Source: Nostoc punctiforme PCC 73102 (GTDB lineage Bacteria; Cyanobacteriota; Cyanobacteriia; Cyanobacteriales; Nostocaceae). From it: 32,000 nucleotides of DNA. The stretch covers positions 7,710,001-7,742,000 of the forward strand of contig NC_010628.1 in NCBI RefSeq assembly GCF_000020025.1, given 5' to 3'. Below the pieces are notes generated by a model. The model was not told where the DNA came from and ran no database searches. It saw only the letters and a list, made by a program, of their open reading frames with translations. The position numbers were made by a program, and so were the translations under genes. Shown piece by piece: positions 31,742-32,000 of the stretch. Positions within the stretch are counted from its first letter, which is position 1. Each line of letters starts with the position of its first letter.

Positions 31742-32000
31742 TTAATGTTTTATCTCTACGGAGGCTGAACACAGGCTAGACTTTTTCAAATAGGTTATCA
31801 AGCGTGCATCAAGGTCAAGAACTACCCTTCCTCCCCGATTTTTCTCTACCTGTCGCCAGACATCATAGCCCATCAGAATCGCTTTCTCCCAATCGCCCAA
31901 CGAACATTGAGAAACTTCTAAATGGCATGTCATATTTTTGATAGTCTTCAATATTTGGTAATCTAATGTTGAAACTCTTTCTAAGAAACCGTGATTTTTG
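31742..32000 (-). CDS. 3' end of an unknown protein gene that continues beyond the right edge of the window
   Basis: The 69-aa track ORF begins at a TTG, but the same frame stays open upstream to position 32000 (my translation: ...KNHGFLERVSTLDYQILKTIKNMTCHLEV...). Its stop lies 26 nt upstream of the Dcd-fold gene on the same strand. I recognise no family. Confidence 0.5.
   Translation of the reverse strand, partial: KNHGFLERVSTLDYQILKTIKNMTCHLEVSQCSLGDWEKAILMGYDVWRQVEKNRGGRVVLDLDARLITYLKKSSLCSASVEIKH

Noticed and set aside
31742-31951. Treating the 69-aa track ORF as a complete small gene
   Set aside because: Its first codon is TTG, and the same frame has no stop upstream to position 32000. 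It is more likely the tail of a longer gene truncated by the window.
1-32000. tRNA, rRNA, tmRNA, RNase P RNA, riboswitches, CRISPR arrays, transposases, integrases and prophage genes
   Set aside because: I saw no cloverleaf-like GTTCGAATC/T-loop signatures, no direct-repeat/spacer arrays, and no DDE or tyrosine-recombinase-like ORFs. Riboswitches, such as Moco upstream of moaD, cannot be excluded by eye but nothing recognisable was seen.

Overview
The window looks like a chromosomal segment from a filamentous Nostoc/Anabaena-type cyanobacterium. The provenance evidence is about 30 hand-counted copies of the HIP1 octamer GCGATCGC, STRR-like heptamer tracts, Nostoc-type small hairpin repeats, and the gene content (desC-desA, helical carotenoid proteins, shc/hpnB). 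I support about 31 protein-coding genes. I see no rRNA, tRNA, CRISPR array, transposase or integrase.

Gene order, left to right:
- desA (partial) and desC, then a PLP enzyme.
- A seven-gene minus-strand block of stress-type proteins: DUF2267, a DJ-1/PfpI fusion, SRPBCC, two paralogous Zn-ADHs flanking a small secreted protein, and a cupin.
- An acidic protein and two divergent helical carotenoid protein (HCP) genes separated by about 0.9 kb of ORF-free AT-rich DNA.
- A seven-blade FG-GAP plus RTX exoprotein.
- Divergent shc/hpnB hopanoid genes.
- A translationally coupled small-protein plus AbiEii-type nucleotidyltransferase pair.
- A divergent ArsR-type regulator and thioredoxin pair with a perfect palindromic operator candidate, followed by a same-strand run of SDR, Old Yellow Enzyme, nitroreductase, MFS, SDR and methyltransferase genes.
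- A second methyltransferase, a Nu-class GST, an acyltransferase, moaD and a Uma2 endonuclease.
- At the right edge, an AT-rich operon encoding a membrane-anchored dCTP-deaminase-fold protein that appears to lack the catalytic residues.

Best follow-up candidates:
1. The Dcd-fold/TM protein operon, which is cut by the window edge.
2. The AbiEii module with a non-canonical 78-aa partner.
3. The ArsR/Trx electrophile-detox cluster and its operator.
4. Small mobile repeats that have landed in frame inside hpnB.
5. The HCP pair.

I see no clear, complete, unprecedented multi-gene system. All family calls come from motif recognition by eye, and no searches were run.
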